Below are positions 55,268-64,000 of a DNA stretch of 64,000 nucleotides, piece by piece. The first letter of the stretch is position 1. The number at the start of each line of letters is the position of its first letter. The notes under the pieces are model-generated. The model did no database searches, was not told the origin of the DNA, and saw only the letters and a program-made list of their open reading frames with translations. The DNA is from an uncultured Candidatus Saccharibacteria bacterium (GTDB lineage: Bacteria > Patescibacteriota > Minisyncoccia > UBA6257 > 2-01-FULL-56-20), in NCBI GenBank assembly GCA_964484655.1, contig CAZAFA010000003.1, positions 28,147 to 92,146 of the forward strand. The letters run 5' to 3'. The translations under genes were made by a program, and so were the position numbers.

Positions 55268-56187
55268 GGGTTCTGCTTGAGTGTCTTGAGGAGCCTGCGG
55301 GTATCGCCGAAGCGATCGTCGCTCCCGAGCACGATCAGGGCCTCGATCCGCGGCCCGACCTGGAAGAGGGAGAGGAGGTTGCCTCGCGCCTCGTCCGTGT
55401 AGCCCGTCTTGCCGCCCAGGAAACCCGGGTCGCGGACGAGCTCGTGCGTCGCGTAGGCAGTATACGCCACCCCGGTGCCCTGCGCATGCACGGTGACCGA
55501 CCCGCGCCGGGTCCATTGGAAAACCTCAGGGAACTCGGCATGTATCCGCTGCACGAGCGTCAGGAGCTCGCGCCCCGTGCTCTTGTTGCCGGGCGAGAGG
55601 CCGGACGCGTCCGCGTACGCGGTGCGCTGCAGGCCCCAGGCGCGCGCGGCCGCGTTCATCTCCCCGAGGAAGCGCTCGCGGCCGACGTGCGCGGCGAGGC
55701 TCTCGGCCGCCTCGTTCGAGGACGCGACGAGCATGACGGCGAGGACGTCCCGCATGGCGAACGTCTCGCCTGCGGGCAGGACGGGCCGCGACGGATTCCC
55801 GCCGGGCACCGGGACGATGACGATCGGCTCGTCGGCCGCGATGTCGCGCAGCGCGATCGTCGCGGTCATGAGCTTGGTCAGCGAGGCCATCGGCCACGCA
55901 TCCGTGCTCCTGCGGCTCGCGAGCACCTGGTCGGCGGCGAGGTCGCCGGCCACGAAGATGCGCGCGCCGATGACGTCGGGCGGCGTGCTCGACGCGGTGC
56001 TGGTCGCCGTGCTCGTGGCCGTCGCGACCGTGGAGGTCGCCTCCGGGACCTGCGCCGTGGAGGTCGCCGCGACCGGATCGCCCGGCTGCTCCGCGCGGCG
56101 CGCGGCCGCGCTCATCGTGCCGGCGATCGCGATCACCAGGAGCAGGGCGGCTCCGCCGCCGAAGAGCGCCGCCTGACGCTGCGTCAT
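55264..56187 (-). CDS. D-alanyl-D-alanine carboxypeptidase (PBP5-like, peptidase S11)
   Basis: Signal/TM. SxxK (ASLTKLMTA), SxN (SSNEAA), KTG (GGKTGYT). Confidence 0.8.
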   Translation of the reverse strand: MTQRQAALFGGGAALLLVIAIAGTMSAAARRAEQPGDPVAATSTAQVPEATSTVATATSTATSTASSTPPDVIGARIFVAGDLAADQVLASRRSTDAWPMASLTKLMTATIALRDIAADEPIVIVPVPGGNPSRPVLPAGETFAMRDVLAVMLVASSNEAAESLAAHVGRERFLGEMNAAARAWGLQRTAYADASGLSPGNKSTGRELLTLVQRIHAEFPEVFQWTRRGSVTVHAQGTGVAYTAYATHELVRDPGFLGGKTGYTDEARGNLLSLFQVGPRIEALIVLGSDDRFGDTRRLLKTLKQNP

Positions 56188-56768
56188 GCCCCCGGTGCTT
56201 CCTGCGCCTGCTCGGCCGGAGCCGGCTCGCGCGCGGCGAGGCTGCGCGCGAGGAGCGCGCCGAGCTCCTCGAAGTCCGGGAGGTCCTCCCGCGCCGTGAT
56301 ACCCATCTCGCGGAGCAGCTCCGGCGTGACCTGGTACTGGTGCTCGCCCTTCCCCTGCCGCGTTCGCTCGACGAGCCCGCGCACCATGAGCGTGCGGAGG
56401 CTCAGCGCCGAGCTGACGCCGCGGACGTGATCGATGACGCTGCGCGGCACCGGGCCGAAGTACGCTACCAGCGCGAGCGTCTCCACCGCTGCCGGACCGA
56501 GGTCCTGGCTCATCTCGCCGCGCAGCAGCTCGGCGACCGCCGCCTCGTGCCGCGGATGCGTCACCAGCTGCGCGCTCGCGCCGTGGCGCAGCAGCGCGAG
56601 CCCGCGGGCTGCATCTGACTCCAGGCCGGCCCCGAGCTCGTCGACCGCGGCTTCGACCTCGCCGAACGAGGCGCCCGTGAGCGCCGCGAGCCGCTCGAGC
56701 GGCATCGGCTCGCCGTAGGCGAACAGCAGCGCCTCAACCGCCCCGATCAGATCACGCTGCGCTCCCAT
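56184..56768 (-). CDS. scpB: Segregation and condensation protein B
   Basis: ...GAVEALLFAYGEPMPLERLAALTG... Two winged-helix domains. Confidence 0.8.
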   Translation of the reverse strand: MGAQRDLIGAVEALLFAYGEPMPLERLAALTGASFGEVEAAVDELGAGLESDAARGLALLRHGASAQLVTHPRHEAAVAELLRGEMSQDLGPAAVETLALVAYFGPVPRSVIDHVRGVSSALSLRTLMVRGLVERTRQGKGEHQYQVTPELLREMGITAREDLPDFEELGALLARSLAAREPAPAEQAQEAPGA

Positions 56769-57486
56769 GCTCGAGGACTATATCGGAGAAGGCCTCCTCC
56801 TGCACCAGCACGACCTTCTGGTCGCGCGCGAGATGGAGCGCGGCGAGGAACACGACGATGCGGTCCCCCGCGCTGCGTCCCGCGACCAGCTCGGAGAAGC
56901 GCGCCGCGCCGCCGCTCGCGAGACGGTGCACGAGGTCCGAGATCGCCTTCTGCAGCGAGATGACCCGGTGCCGGACCTCCGCGACCTCCTTGGCTACCTG
57001 CGTCGCCAGCTGCAGCACGCGCGCCGCCGTCGCGTGCAAATCGGCAATGGCGAGCCCGTCGGGCGGCGCGAACACGCGCGCCGAGCCGCGCATCCCCTTG
57101 AGGTAGGGCCGCGCCACGAGCGGCCGCCGCTTGGCGTACGCGCGCCGGAACGCGAGGAGCGCCGGCTTCACCGCCTGGTACGCGCGCAGCTGCTCCGCCA
57201 GCAGCTGCGGATCCTCCGCCTCGTCTTCCGCCTCGTCGCCCGGCAGCAGCGAGCGCGACTTGAGCAGCAGGAGGCGCGTCGCGACCGTCAGGAAATCGGC
57301 GATCGCGTGCACCACGGACACCGTCCGCGGCTCCGGCGTACGCGCGAGCTCGTTCACGTAGCGGAGGAAGTCCGCCGTGACGTGCGCGAGGCTCACCTCG
57401 GTGATGTCGAGCTTGTCCCGCTCGACGAGCTCGAGGAGCGCCTCGAGCGGCCCCGAGAAGGTCCCGACCTCGACCTCGTACCTCAT
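56752..57486 (-). CDS. scpA: Segregation and condensation protein A
   Basis: ...FSGPLEALLELVERDKLDITEVSLAHVTADFLRYV... Confidence 0.8.
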   Translation of the reverse strand: MRYEVEVGTFSGPLEALLELVERDKLDITEVSLAHVTADFLRYVNELARTPEPRTVSVVHAIADFLTVATRLLLLKSRSLLPGDEAEDEAEDPQLLAEQLRAYQAVKPALLAFRRAYAKRRPLVARPYLKGMRGSARVFAPPDGLAIADLHATAARVLQLATQVAKEVAEVRHRVISLQKAISDLVHRLASGGAARFSELVAGRSAGDRIVVFLAALHLARDQKVVLVQEEAFSDIVLEHGSAA

Positions 57487-58803
57487 GGCGCGAGCCAGGA
57501 CGCCGCTGCGGCGATGTCAGCGATAGAGGTCGCGGCGACGACCACGTGACGCTTCTCGCCTCCGATCGGCAGCGTCAGGGTTGCTACGGCCGGCCCTTCG
57601 CCGGCGCCCCCGAAGAAGCCCGGGAGCGCGAGCAGCTCGTCCGAGAACCGCAGGTCGCTCCAGATCGGCGGATCGTACGCGAGGTTGCCGCGCGCGGCCT
57701 TCGTCAGGCCGAGCACGAAGCTGCGGTTCTCGGCGAGGTAGCGCGCGAGCACGGCGAGGTCCGCGATGGTCGTGGTATTGCCCGGATCTGCGGCATCGAC
57801 GGAGACCACCTGCGTATGCCCCATGCCGATCGCCGACGCCTTGGCGTTCATATACTTCACGAACGCCTGCTCGTTGCGCGCGCCCGCGATGGCGTGCGCC
57901 GCGCCCGCGTCGTGCTCAGAGAGCATGAGGCGTAGCAGGTCGAGAACGCTCGCGCTGCCGAGCCCTGCGAGGCGAGGCGAGCCCGGCTGATCCACGTTCA
58001 CCCGGCTCTCAATGTTGATGTAGTCGACCGCGGTCAGCGCGGTTAGCAGGTCGATCGCCTGCCCGAACGGGATCTGCGCGCCTGCCTCGCGCGAGCGGAT
58101 CGTCGCGCCGCTCGGGACGTCCACGATCGCGTAGGTGCCCGCCGCATCCGGACTGCCGGAAAACGTGGGGAGCTCGGGAGCCTCGATCGGCGACTTGTAG
58201 ACGAGCACCGGCGTGCCGACCTCGACCGCCTCGTACACGAGCTGGGCGTTCTCGTCGCTCAGGCGGATGCATCCGCCCGAGTACTGGCTGCTGACCGGCG
58301 TGCCGTCCGGGTAATACGGCCATCCGTGGATGAAGAAGTTGCCCTGGAAGACGAGGCTCCAGGGCTGGTACACGTGCCCAAAGGTGGAGAAGTGGTTCCG
58401 CGCCTTGCTCTTCACGCTGTAGACGCCGACCGGCGTCTCCCACCACGAGCCTTCCTTTCCCTTCGTCTTGATCGGGACGTCGATGACCACCTCGCCGTCC
58501 TTGTAGACCTTGAGCTGCATGTCGCTGAGGTCGGCTTCCACGAAGGTGCGCCGCTCCGCCACGTACTGGTCGCGGACGGTGAGCACGTACGAGCCGGACG
58601 CCGGCGTCGACGAGGCGAGATCCTCGTCGTCGGGGAAGACCGCGGCGACCGCGCCTATCGCCTGCTGGACCTTGTCCCCCGCCGCCTGCGCACGGAACAG
58701 GTCCGGCAGCAGCGCCGACGCCGCGAGCAGGAGCCCTGTGAAGAGCAGGGCGGCGAGGCCGAGGACGAGCGGCAGGGAAGGGTGGGTTAGCAGGCGCTTC
58801 ACG
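57483..58803 (-). CDS. Membrane-anchored L,D-transpeptidase (YkuD domain) fused to a C-terminal PBP5/S11-like domain
   Basis: ORF 57483..59249 trimmed to the GTG at about 58803 (VKRLLTHPSLPLVLGLAALLFTG), because the upstream part is antisense to dnaX. Motif HGWPYYPDGTPVSSQYSGGCIRL. Confidence 0.65.
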
Positions 58804-58887
58804 GGGCTATTATGCCGATTCGAACCCGACGGTTCTACCCTTCGGGCGCGCTTTGCCAATTCCCGGCCTGCGGCGATAATGCGCCCG

Positions 58888-59988
58888 ATGGCCTCCTTGT
58901 ACCGCGCGCACCGCCCGAAGACGCTTGCCGACCTCGTCGGCCAGGACCAGGTGACGGCGGTGCTCCGCAACGCTGCCGCACAGGGGCAGCTCGGGCACGC
59001 GTACCTCTTCTCGGGGCCGCGCGGGACTGGCAAGACCACGACGGCGCGCATCCTCGCGAAGCTCCTCGTGTGCCGGAAGCGGGAGGAGGACCCCGCGTTC
59101 GCCCTCGCGGGCGAGGCCTGCAACGCCTGCGACCGGTGCGCGGCCGTGGATAGCGGTTCGCTCCTCGACGTGGTGGAGATCGACGCCGCGAGCAACCGCG
59201 GCATCGACGAGATCCGCGAGCTGCGCGAGCGCATCCGCGCCGTGCCCACGCAGGCTCCGAAGAAGGTCTACATCGTCGACGAGGCGCACATGCTCACGAC
59301 GCAAGCATGGAACGCGCTCCTGAAGACCCTCGAGGAGCCGCCGGCGCACGGGGTCATCGTGCTCGCCACGACCGACCACGAGAAGCTGCCCGCCACCATC
59401 ACCTCGCGCGTGCAGCGGTTCCGGTTCCGTAAGCCGGGCAAGAAGGACCTCCTCGCGAAGCTCGGCGCCGTCGCGGAGAAGGAAGGCATCGCCATCGAGC
59501 CGGCGGCCCTCGAGCTCATCGCCGCGGTCTCCGGCGGCAGCTTCCGCGACGCCGAGTCGCTCCTCGAGCAGGCGCGCGGCCTGAGCCAGCCCGTCACCGC
59601 TGCCTCCGTCGCCGAGCTGATCGGACGCTCCGCCGTCGGACGCGTGCAGGCCCTCGCCGAGGCGATCGCTTCGTCGGACGCAGCCGCGGCGCTCTCGCTC
59701 CTCAAGGAGGCGGAGGCCTCGGGGGCGAACCTCACCGAGCTCGCCCGCGAGCTCGTGCACGCGTTCAAGCGCGCGACGGCGCTCGCGGCGGACGCGTCCC
59801 TGTCCTCGCTCTACGAGGACGAGCTCACCGCCGAGGAGCTCGACGGCATCCGCCGCCTCGCCGCGTCCCTCTCGCCGGAGCGCGGTGCGGCGGTCACGCG
59901 CGCCTTCCTAGAGGCGTTCCGCGAGATGCGCACGAGCCCGTTCGAGGCCGTGCCGCTGGAGATCGCGATACTGGAGGTCACCCGCTGA
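58888..59988 (+). CDS. dnaX: DNA polymerase III subunit gamma/tau, short form (about 367 aa, domains I-III)
   Basis: ORF 58510..59988 trimmed to MASLYRAHRPKTLADLVGQ (alternative ATG at 58879). GPRGTGKTT Walker A, Zn module CRKREEDPAFALAGEACNACDRC, SRC motif region. Confidence 0.8.
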   Translation: MASLYRAHRPKTLADLVGQDQVTAVLRNAAAQGQLGHAYLFSGPRGTGKTTTARILAKLLVCRKREEDPAFALAGEACNACDRCAAVDSGSLLDVVEIDAASNRGIDEIRELRERIRAVPTQAPKKVYIVDEAHMLTTQAWNALLKTLEEPPAHGVIVLATTDHEKLPATITSRVQRFRFRKPGKKDLLAKLGAVAEKEGIAIEPAALELIAAVSGGSFRDAESLLEQARGLSQPVTAASVAELIGRSAVGRVQALAEAIASSDAAAALSLLKEAEASGANLTELARELVHAFKRATALAADASLSSLYEDELTAEELDGIRRLAASLSPERGAAVTRAFLEAFREMRTSPFEAVPLEIAILEVTR

Positions 59989-60934
59989 TCGTCGTCAGCA
60001 GGCCGCCGAGGCGCTTGATCGAGGCGTCGTCGATGATCGACGTCGCGAGCACGTCGCCGCCGCAGGCTCGCGCCAGCCGCTGCCGCTTCTCCTCGAGCTC
60101 GGCGGCGTCGAGCTCGTCCGCCTTGGTCAGGAGGACGTGCTCGGGCTTCGCGGCGAGCTCCGCGCTGTACTTGCCGAGCTCCGCGCGGATCGCCTCGTAG
60201 TCCGCGACGGGATCGTCGCTGGTCGCGGCGACGCAGTGCAGGATGACGCGCGTCCGCACGATGTGGCGCAGGAACTTGGTGCCGAGACCCTTCCCTTCGG
60301 ACGCGCCCTCGATGATGCCCGGGATGTCCGCGAGCACCAGGTCGTGGAACACGCCGAGGTGCGGCTCGAGCGTCGTGAAGGCGTAGTTGGCCACGCGGCT
60401 GCTCGCGCGCGTGAGCGCGTTGAGCAGGCTCGACTTGCCGACGTTCGGGTAGCCGACGAGCCCGACGTCGGCGATCAGCCGGAGCTCGAGCCGCACGTCG
60501 GTCTCCTCGCCCGGCTTGCCCGCCTGGAACTGGCGGGGCGCGACGTTGGTAGAGGACCGGAAGAGGAAGTTGCCCTTGCCGCCCCGGCCGCCCTCGGCGA
60601 CCGTGATGCGGTCTCCGACGCGGACGAGCTCGGCTGGCTCGCGCCCCTCGATGTGGACCACCGTGCCGCGCGGCACGGGGAGCACGAGGTCGTCGCCATC
60701 GCGGCCGTCCCGGAACTTGCTGCGGCCGTCGCGGCCCGCTTCGGCCTTGAACTTCTTGACGGCGCGGTACTTGCGGAGCGCGCCGAGGTCCGCGACCGCC
60801 TCGAGGATCACGTTGCCGCCGTGGCCGCCGCTGCCGCCGTCCGGGCCGCGGCTGCTGATGCCGTTGCCGAAGGTGGCGGTGCCGGAGCCGCCGGGTCCGG
60901 CGGACACATGGATGGTGACGTCGTCTATGAGCAC
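59978..60934 (-). CDS. obg: GTPase Obg (no C-terminal TGS/Obg-CT domain)
   Basis: Gly-rich Obg fold. GYPNVGKSS, DIPGIIEGA, TKAD motifs. Confidence 0.85.
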   Translation of the reverse strand: MLIDDVTIHVSAGPGGSGTATFGNGISSRGPDGGSGGHGGNVILEAVADLGALRKYRAVKKFKAEAGRDGRSKFRDGRDGDDLVLPVPRGTVVHIEGREPAELVRVGDRITVAEGGRGGKGNFLFRSSTNVAPRQFQAGKPGEETDVRLELRLIADVGLVGYPNVGKSSLLNALTRASSRVANYAFTTLEPHLGVFHDLVLADIPGIIEGASEGKGLGTKFLRHIVRTRVILHCVAATSDDPVADYEAIRAELGKYSAELAAKPEHVLLTKADELDAAELEEKRQRLARACGGDVLATSIIDDASIKRLGGLLTTISG

Positions 60935-60959
60935 GGGACGAGCCTAGCAGAAACGTGAA

Positions 60960-60994
60960 AGAGGACGCCATACGGCGTCCTCTCTTCTTTTTCT
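60960..60994. terminator. Hairpin AGAGGACGCC-AUAC-GGCGUCCUCU with a T-tract, between the 60999..61574 gene and obg
   Basis: 10-bp perfect stem followed by CTTCTTTTTCT on the plus strand. Confidence 0.45.
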
Positions 60995-60998
60995 CTCG

Positions 60999-61574
60999 TT
61001 ACGCTTCCGCGCCCAGGATCTCCCGCGCGAGACCGGCGTAGAACGGATTGCCCGTTCGCGCGACGATCTGCGCGCACCGCTCGCGGACGGCCGCGCCCCG
61101 GTCGTAGCGCCTGCCCAGGAGGAGGCAGAACGCCTCGTCGGCGTATTCCGGCAGCCCGCTCAGGGACAGGATGGTCTCCGTGCCCAGGAGCGGCAGCACG
61201 ACCGCGCCCCCGTAGCGATCCTTCTCGGGATCGCGCGTCTCCCAGGAAGCGACGTAGGAGCGGTCCAGCCCCGACTCGAGGCGGAGCGCCTTCTCGCCGA
61301 CCAGCTCGAGGTACTTCATCCGCTTCTCGTAGTTCGGCCCCTCGCCGCCGAGGAACTTCACGAACATGAGCTCCCGGTCCATGCCGAACATCGCCGGCAT
61401 GACCTGCAGGACCGCGCAGGAGCGGTTGAGCCAGCCTGGCTCATCGTCGCCGAACATGCTTCCGCCGAGGCGGAGCACCTTCGGAAATAGTTCGAGCGCC
61501 ATCTCGATCAGCGCCTTCTCGTCGAAGATACCCGCTGGCTGCGGGATCCCCGTCATGCACATACCCATAGTCAC
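60999..61574 (-). CDS. Hypothetical protein (191 aa)
   Basis: ORF with a GAGAGGTGA RBS. No family recognised. Confidence 0.45.
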   Translation of the reverse strand: MTMGMCMTGIPQPAGIFDEKALIEMALELFPKVLRLGGSMFGDDEPGWLNRSCAVLQVMPAMFGMDRELMFVKFLGGEGPNYEKRMKYLELVGEKALRLESGLDRSYVASWETRDPEKDRYGGAVVLPLLGTETILSLSGLPEYADEAFCLLLGRRYDRGAAVRERCAQIVARTGNPFYAGLAREILGAEA

Positions 61575-61691
61575 CTCTCATTTTCAGATATCAACGGACG
61601 GATCCGTCTGCACGAGTCATACCGCGTATCCACGCGTGCGGCAAACGGAAACGCCCGCGATGCGGGCGTTTCCTTCGAGGTTCTCGGGATG

Positions 61692-62069
61692 CTAGTAGCG
61701 TCCGCCGCCGCCGAAGCCGCGCGAGGCGCGCGCCTTGGCGTGACAGTCGCGGCAGGTGACCGGACGATCCCCGCTCGGCATGAACGGGAGCTCGGTGATC
61801 TCCTTGCCGCACTCGCCGCAGGTCCAGTTGCCCTGGACCATCTGGCGCGGGCCCCGGTCTCCGCCGCCAAAGCTGTCGCGCGCCGGCCGGTTCTGCATGT
61901 GGCAGTCGCGGCAGAGCACGTTCTCAGCATCGCGCGGGGAGAACGGGAGCTCGGTGATCTCCTTGCCGCAGTTCTTGCAGGTCCAGTTGCCCTGGACCAT
62001 CTGGCGCGGGCCGCCGAAGCCGCCACCGCCGCCGCGGTTTCCGCCGAAACCTCCTCCGTTGTTGTACAT
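61692..62069 (-). CDS. Tandem zinc-ribbon protein with glycine-rich (RGG-like) termini
   Basis: Two copies of RQMVQGNWTCxxCGKEITELPF(S/M)P...V(L/T)CRDCH(M/A), flanked by GGGFGGNRGGGGGFGG and GFGGGGRY. Confidence 0.6.
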   Translation of the reverse strand: MYNNGGGFGGNRGGGGGFGGPRQMVQGNWTCKNCGKEITELPFSPRDAENVLCRDCHMQNRPARDSFGGGDRGPRQMVQGNWTCGECGKEITELPFMPSGDRPVTCRDCHAKARASRGFGGGGRY

Positions 62070-62205
62070 GGAGTGTTCTGACTTTCTCTTTTCTGACGAC
62101 CTTGATGATTTTCCGTTTCAGGTCGCCTTCAGGCGCGCTTCGCGCCTACCACGTACTTGAACCGTGCCATAAGCCTAGCAGGCCCGCCGGCCTTGGCAAT
62201 GACTA

Positions 62206-62676
62206 TTGGAGGACGCAGGAGACGTCCCGTCCGGAAGCGTCCTGGAGCCGGGCTTCGGGGCCGACCAGGGTCAGGACGAGGTCGCCGTCCCCGTACTGCA
62301 TGATGTTCGCGGCCGGATCCACTTTGCTGAGCTCACGGGTGGTGGCCGCATCCTGCTGGTAGCTCATGCGGCCCTGGTCGATCTCGCGCAGCGTAAACTG
62401 CGTCCCGTCGCCGCAGCGATAGGCCGTCTGCCCCGCCGGCGCGGCGCTCGCCGGCGCCTCCCGCTTCTCGATGCAGAGTCCGCGTCCGGCATCCCACTCC
62501 CCTTCCTTGGCGGCGCACGCGTCCGCGAGGCCCGTGCGGGTCACGGTCGTGCCGGTCACGAAGCCGGCGGCGAACGCGACCACGAGCATGAACGCGCCGA
62601 ATCCGAGCGCCACCACGGCGGCGATGAGCTTCGTCTTCAGGCTGAACCGCCGTCCTTCTCCGCGCATGGTCATGGC
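62206..62676 (-). CDS. Membrane-anchored small protein with a 4-Cys extracytoplasmic domain
   Basis: ORF 62203..62883 trimmed to MTMRGEGRRFSLKTKLIAAVVALGFGAFMLVV (TM). The upstream extension is Arg-rich and GC-driven. Confidence 0.45.
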
Positions 62677-63206
62677 GTCATCGTACCATGCGCGAGCTCG
62701 TACGCGATGCCGTCCCTGCCCGTCATCGGCTTGAGGGCGATCACCTGTCCCGGCATGCCGCCGCCCGGCAGGCAGACGAAGTAGCAGCCGCGGAACCAGA
62801 TCTTTTCCTGGTCCCAGCCGAGCCCGCGCGGATCGATGATGCAGCTCTTGGTCTTCCAGATCAGGAGGACCAGCTGCTCGCACGTCGCGCGGCCGTACCG
62901 CTCCTGCTTCCGCTCGATGGCGGCGGCTATGTCGTAGGGCGTGGTGAGGTCGATGACGTTGCCGGCGTTCCTCCGGAAGTTACGCCCCAGCACCGATCCC
63001 CCTTCGTGGGGCAGGCCGTTGTCCGCGTAGGTGACCTGGAAGTTGAGCGGCGGCTCGTTCGGTGCCGCGGAGCGGCCGCGCGTGTCGATGCGCGTGTGCT
63101 CGTTATACACAGCCTCGCCCGCGTAATGCGTGCCGTACGCGGCATTGAGCTTCGCCAGGAAGAAATCGGTGATGAGGAGCTCCTCGCGCTTCTTCGTTCC
63201 CTGCAT
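62670..63206 (-). CDS. Hypothetical soluble protein (178 aa)
   Basis: ORF MQGTKKREELLITDFFLAKLNAAYGTHYAGEAVY... Overlaps the downstream gene by 7 nt. Confidence 0.45.
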   Translation of the reverse strand: MQGTKKREELLITDFFLAKLNAAYGTHYAGEAVYNEHTRIDTRGRSAAPNEPPLNFQVTYADNGLPHEGGSVLGRNFRRNAGNVIDLTTPYDIAAAIERKQERYGRATCEQLVLLIWKTKSCIIDPRGLGWDQEKIWFRGCYFVCLPGGGMPGQVIALKPMTGRDGIAYELAHGTMTP

Positions 63207-63232
63207 GCGCGCCTATTCTAGCGCACAACGCG

Positions 63233-63703
63233 TCAGCGGTCCGCCTCGAACGCGCTTATGACCCAGCGGCCGTCCTGCTCGACGAGCGTCGCCACGACCG
63301 GATACCGGTTCGCCGCGCCGCCGTTGACCAGCTCCTCGCTCGTGATCTCGAGCACGTCGCCCCGGATCACGAACGAGCCGTTCTCCTGCGATACGGTCTG
63401 CGGCTCGATGCCGTCCGGCCACGGGCTCGACGTGCGACGTCCCGGCGCGCGCTCGGGATCCTGCTGCCACTCGGACAGGAGCTCGCGAGTGAGATACGGC
63501 TTGTAGTGCAGCCGCATGGCGGCGCGCACCGCTTCGGGCTCGCTGGCGAGCGGCACCATCTTCAGCACCTTGCCGAACCCGACGAGAGTCGAGACCGCTT
63601 TGTCGAGCTCGCTGTCGGGAGCCTGCTGCGGCAGCCACCAGTACTGGTACGCGCCGAAGACTGCCGCGACGAGGACGAGGAGGATGACCAGGGCCTTGAA
63701 CAT
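63233..63703 (-). CDS. Membrane-anchored hypothetical protein (156 aa)
   Basis: ORF 63233..63760 trimmed to MFKALVILLVLVAAVFGAYQYWW. Its start overlaps the upstream stop (ATGA). Confidence 0.45.
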   Translation of the reverse strand: MFKALVILLVLVAAVFGAYQYWWLPQQAPDSELDKAVSTLVGFGKVLKMVPLASEPEAVRAAMRLHYKPYLTRELLSEWQQDPERAPGRRTSSPWPDGIEPQTVSQENGSFVIRGDVLEITSEELVNGGAANRYPVVATLVEQDGRWVISAFEADR

Positions 63704-63704
63704 C

Positions 63705-64000
63705 AGAGCCGCTCGAGCGAGGCCGCGTTGATCACGCCGACGATCGCGTAGCGCTGCCATTCGGAATTCGAGGACGCCTCGACGGGGACGACGCTGCCGG
63801 TGACCCGGACGCGCGCGCCCGTGGGCGTCGTGGCGCTCGCCGATTCGGCGCTCGCGCCGCTCCCTACGACCGCGTAGTGGCTGCCGTCATCGGTACGCAA
63901 TCCGAGCGCGCACTCGAGCGTCTGCGGTCCGCCCGTATCGCGGTGCGGGAGGCAGACGTACGTGCCTTCGAGCGATTCGCGGGAGCCGCTCCCGTCTTCC
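63705..64000 (-). CDS. Hypothetical protein, 5'-truncated by window edge (C-terminal fragment)
   Basis: Open minus-strand frame continues past position 64000. Ends ...SNSEWQRYAIVGVINAASLERL*. Confidence 0.35.

Noticed and set aside
54538-55442. Apparent 1-nt indels relative to the ORF-track translations. One base seems missing at the 54540/54541 line boundary and one extra 'c' appears at 55440/55441, which would put mraY out of frame for about 900 nt. A similar extra 'c' appears at 24960/24961, inside rpsL and the M50 protease gene region.
   Set aside because: All discrepancies fall exactly at printed line boundaries and occur in compensating pairs. The ORF track translates these genes cleanly. 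I treat this as a reading or formatting artefact, not as pseudogenes. As a result, hand-derived coordinates may be off by 1 nt in those lines.
58804-58887. A GGGTTCGAATC T-loop-like motif in the dnaX / L,D-transpeptidase divergent spacer. This could be a tRNA or a tRNA remnant.
   Set aside because: No complementary T-stem or acceptor stem can be drawn around it. It is most likely a chance match within the promoter region.
57483-59249. The full 588-aa ORF for the L,D-transpeptidase gene.
   Set aside because: Its first 150 codons or so are antisense to dnaX (58888..59988) and translate to Ser/Arg-rich junk. I trimmed it to the GTG at about 58803, just before the TM anchor.
61756-62160. A plus-strand 134-aa ORF with an internal duplication (LPWTIWRGP... 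twice).
   Set aside because: It is the antisense image of the duplicated zinc-ribbon gene. The minus-strand frame gives coherent CxxC Zn-knuckle modules, so I call the minus strand.

Overview
This 64 kb window is a high-GC (about 65-70%) bacterial chromosome segment with tightly packed genes, mostly on the minus strand. It is dominated by the translation and replication core.

The conserved genes present are:
- dnaE.
- An rpmG / tRNA cluster.
- A class I lysyl-tRNA synthetase and greA.
- A map-adk-secY-spc-S10-tuf-fusA-rpsG-rpsL ribosomal super-operon.
- recG, tsaD, valS, hsp20 and rpmB.
- A relocated alpha-operon block (infA-rpmJ-rpsM-rpsK-rpsD-rpoA-rplQ-rplM-rpsI) fused to cell-wall and segregation genes (mraY, a PBP5-like carboxypeptidase, scpAB, an L,D-transpeptidase).
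- dnaX and obg.

Seven tRNAs were called by hand: Trp-CCA, Thr-GGU, Thr-UGU, Arg-UCG, Lys-CUU, Glu-UUC and Pro-GGG. I found no rRNA, no CRISPR array and no transposase or IS element.

Several features are consistent with a reduced, CPR/Patescibacteria-like lineage, though this is only inferred from sequence patterns:
- L30 is absent.
- S14 is the Z-type.
- LysRS is class I.
- ValRS and DnaX are short.
- rpoA lacks the C-terminal domain.
- Zn-ribbon forms of L24, L28, L33 and L36 are present.

The most unusual content:
- A co-directional cell-envelope locus at 30.5-39.4 kb (minus strand). It encodes a processive GT2 synthase, an orphan type IV pilin, a membrane-anchored beta-sandwich protein, a 1210-aa Gly/Ser/Thr-rich repeat surface protein, a LamG-domain secreted protein and an archaeal CarS-like (DUF46) lipid enzyme.
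- A tandem zinc-ribbon, glycine-rich protein.
- Several low-GC islets: 1-562, about 25.8-26.6 kb, 31-32.7 kb and 39.8-40.3 kb.
- Structured non-coding spacers: one inside the S10 operon and one upstream of a PEGA/beta-propeller gene.

CDS coordinates follow the supplied ORF track, with starts trimmed where homology indicates. Hand-called RNA and regulatory coordinates may be off by 1-2 nt. In a few places my base-by-base reading at line boundaries disagreed by 1 nt with the ORF track, and I trusted the track.
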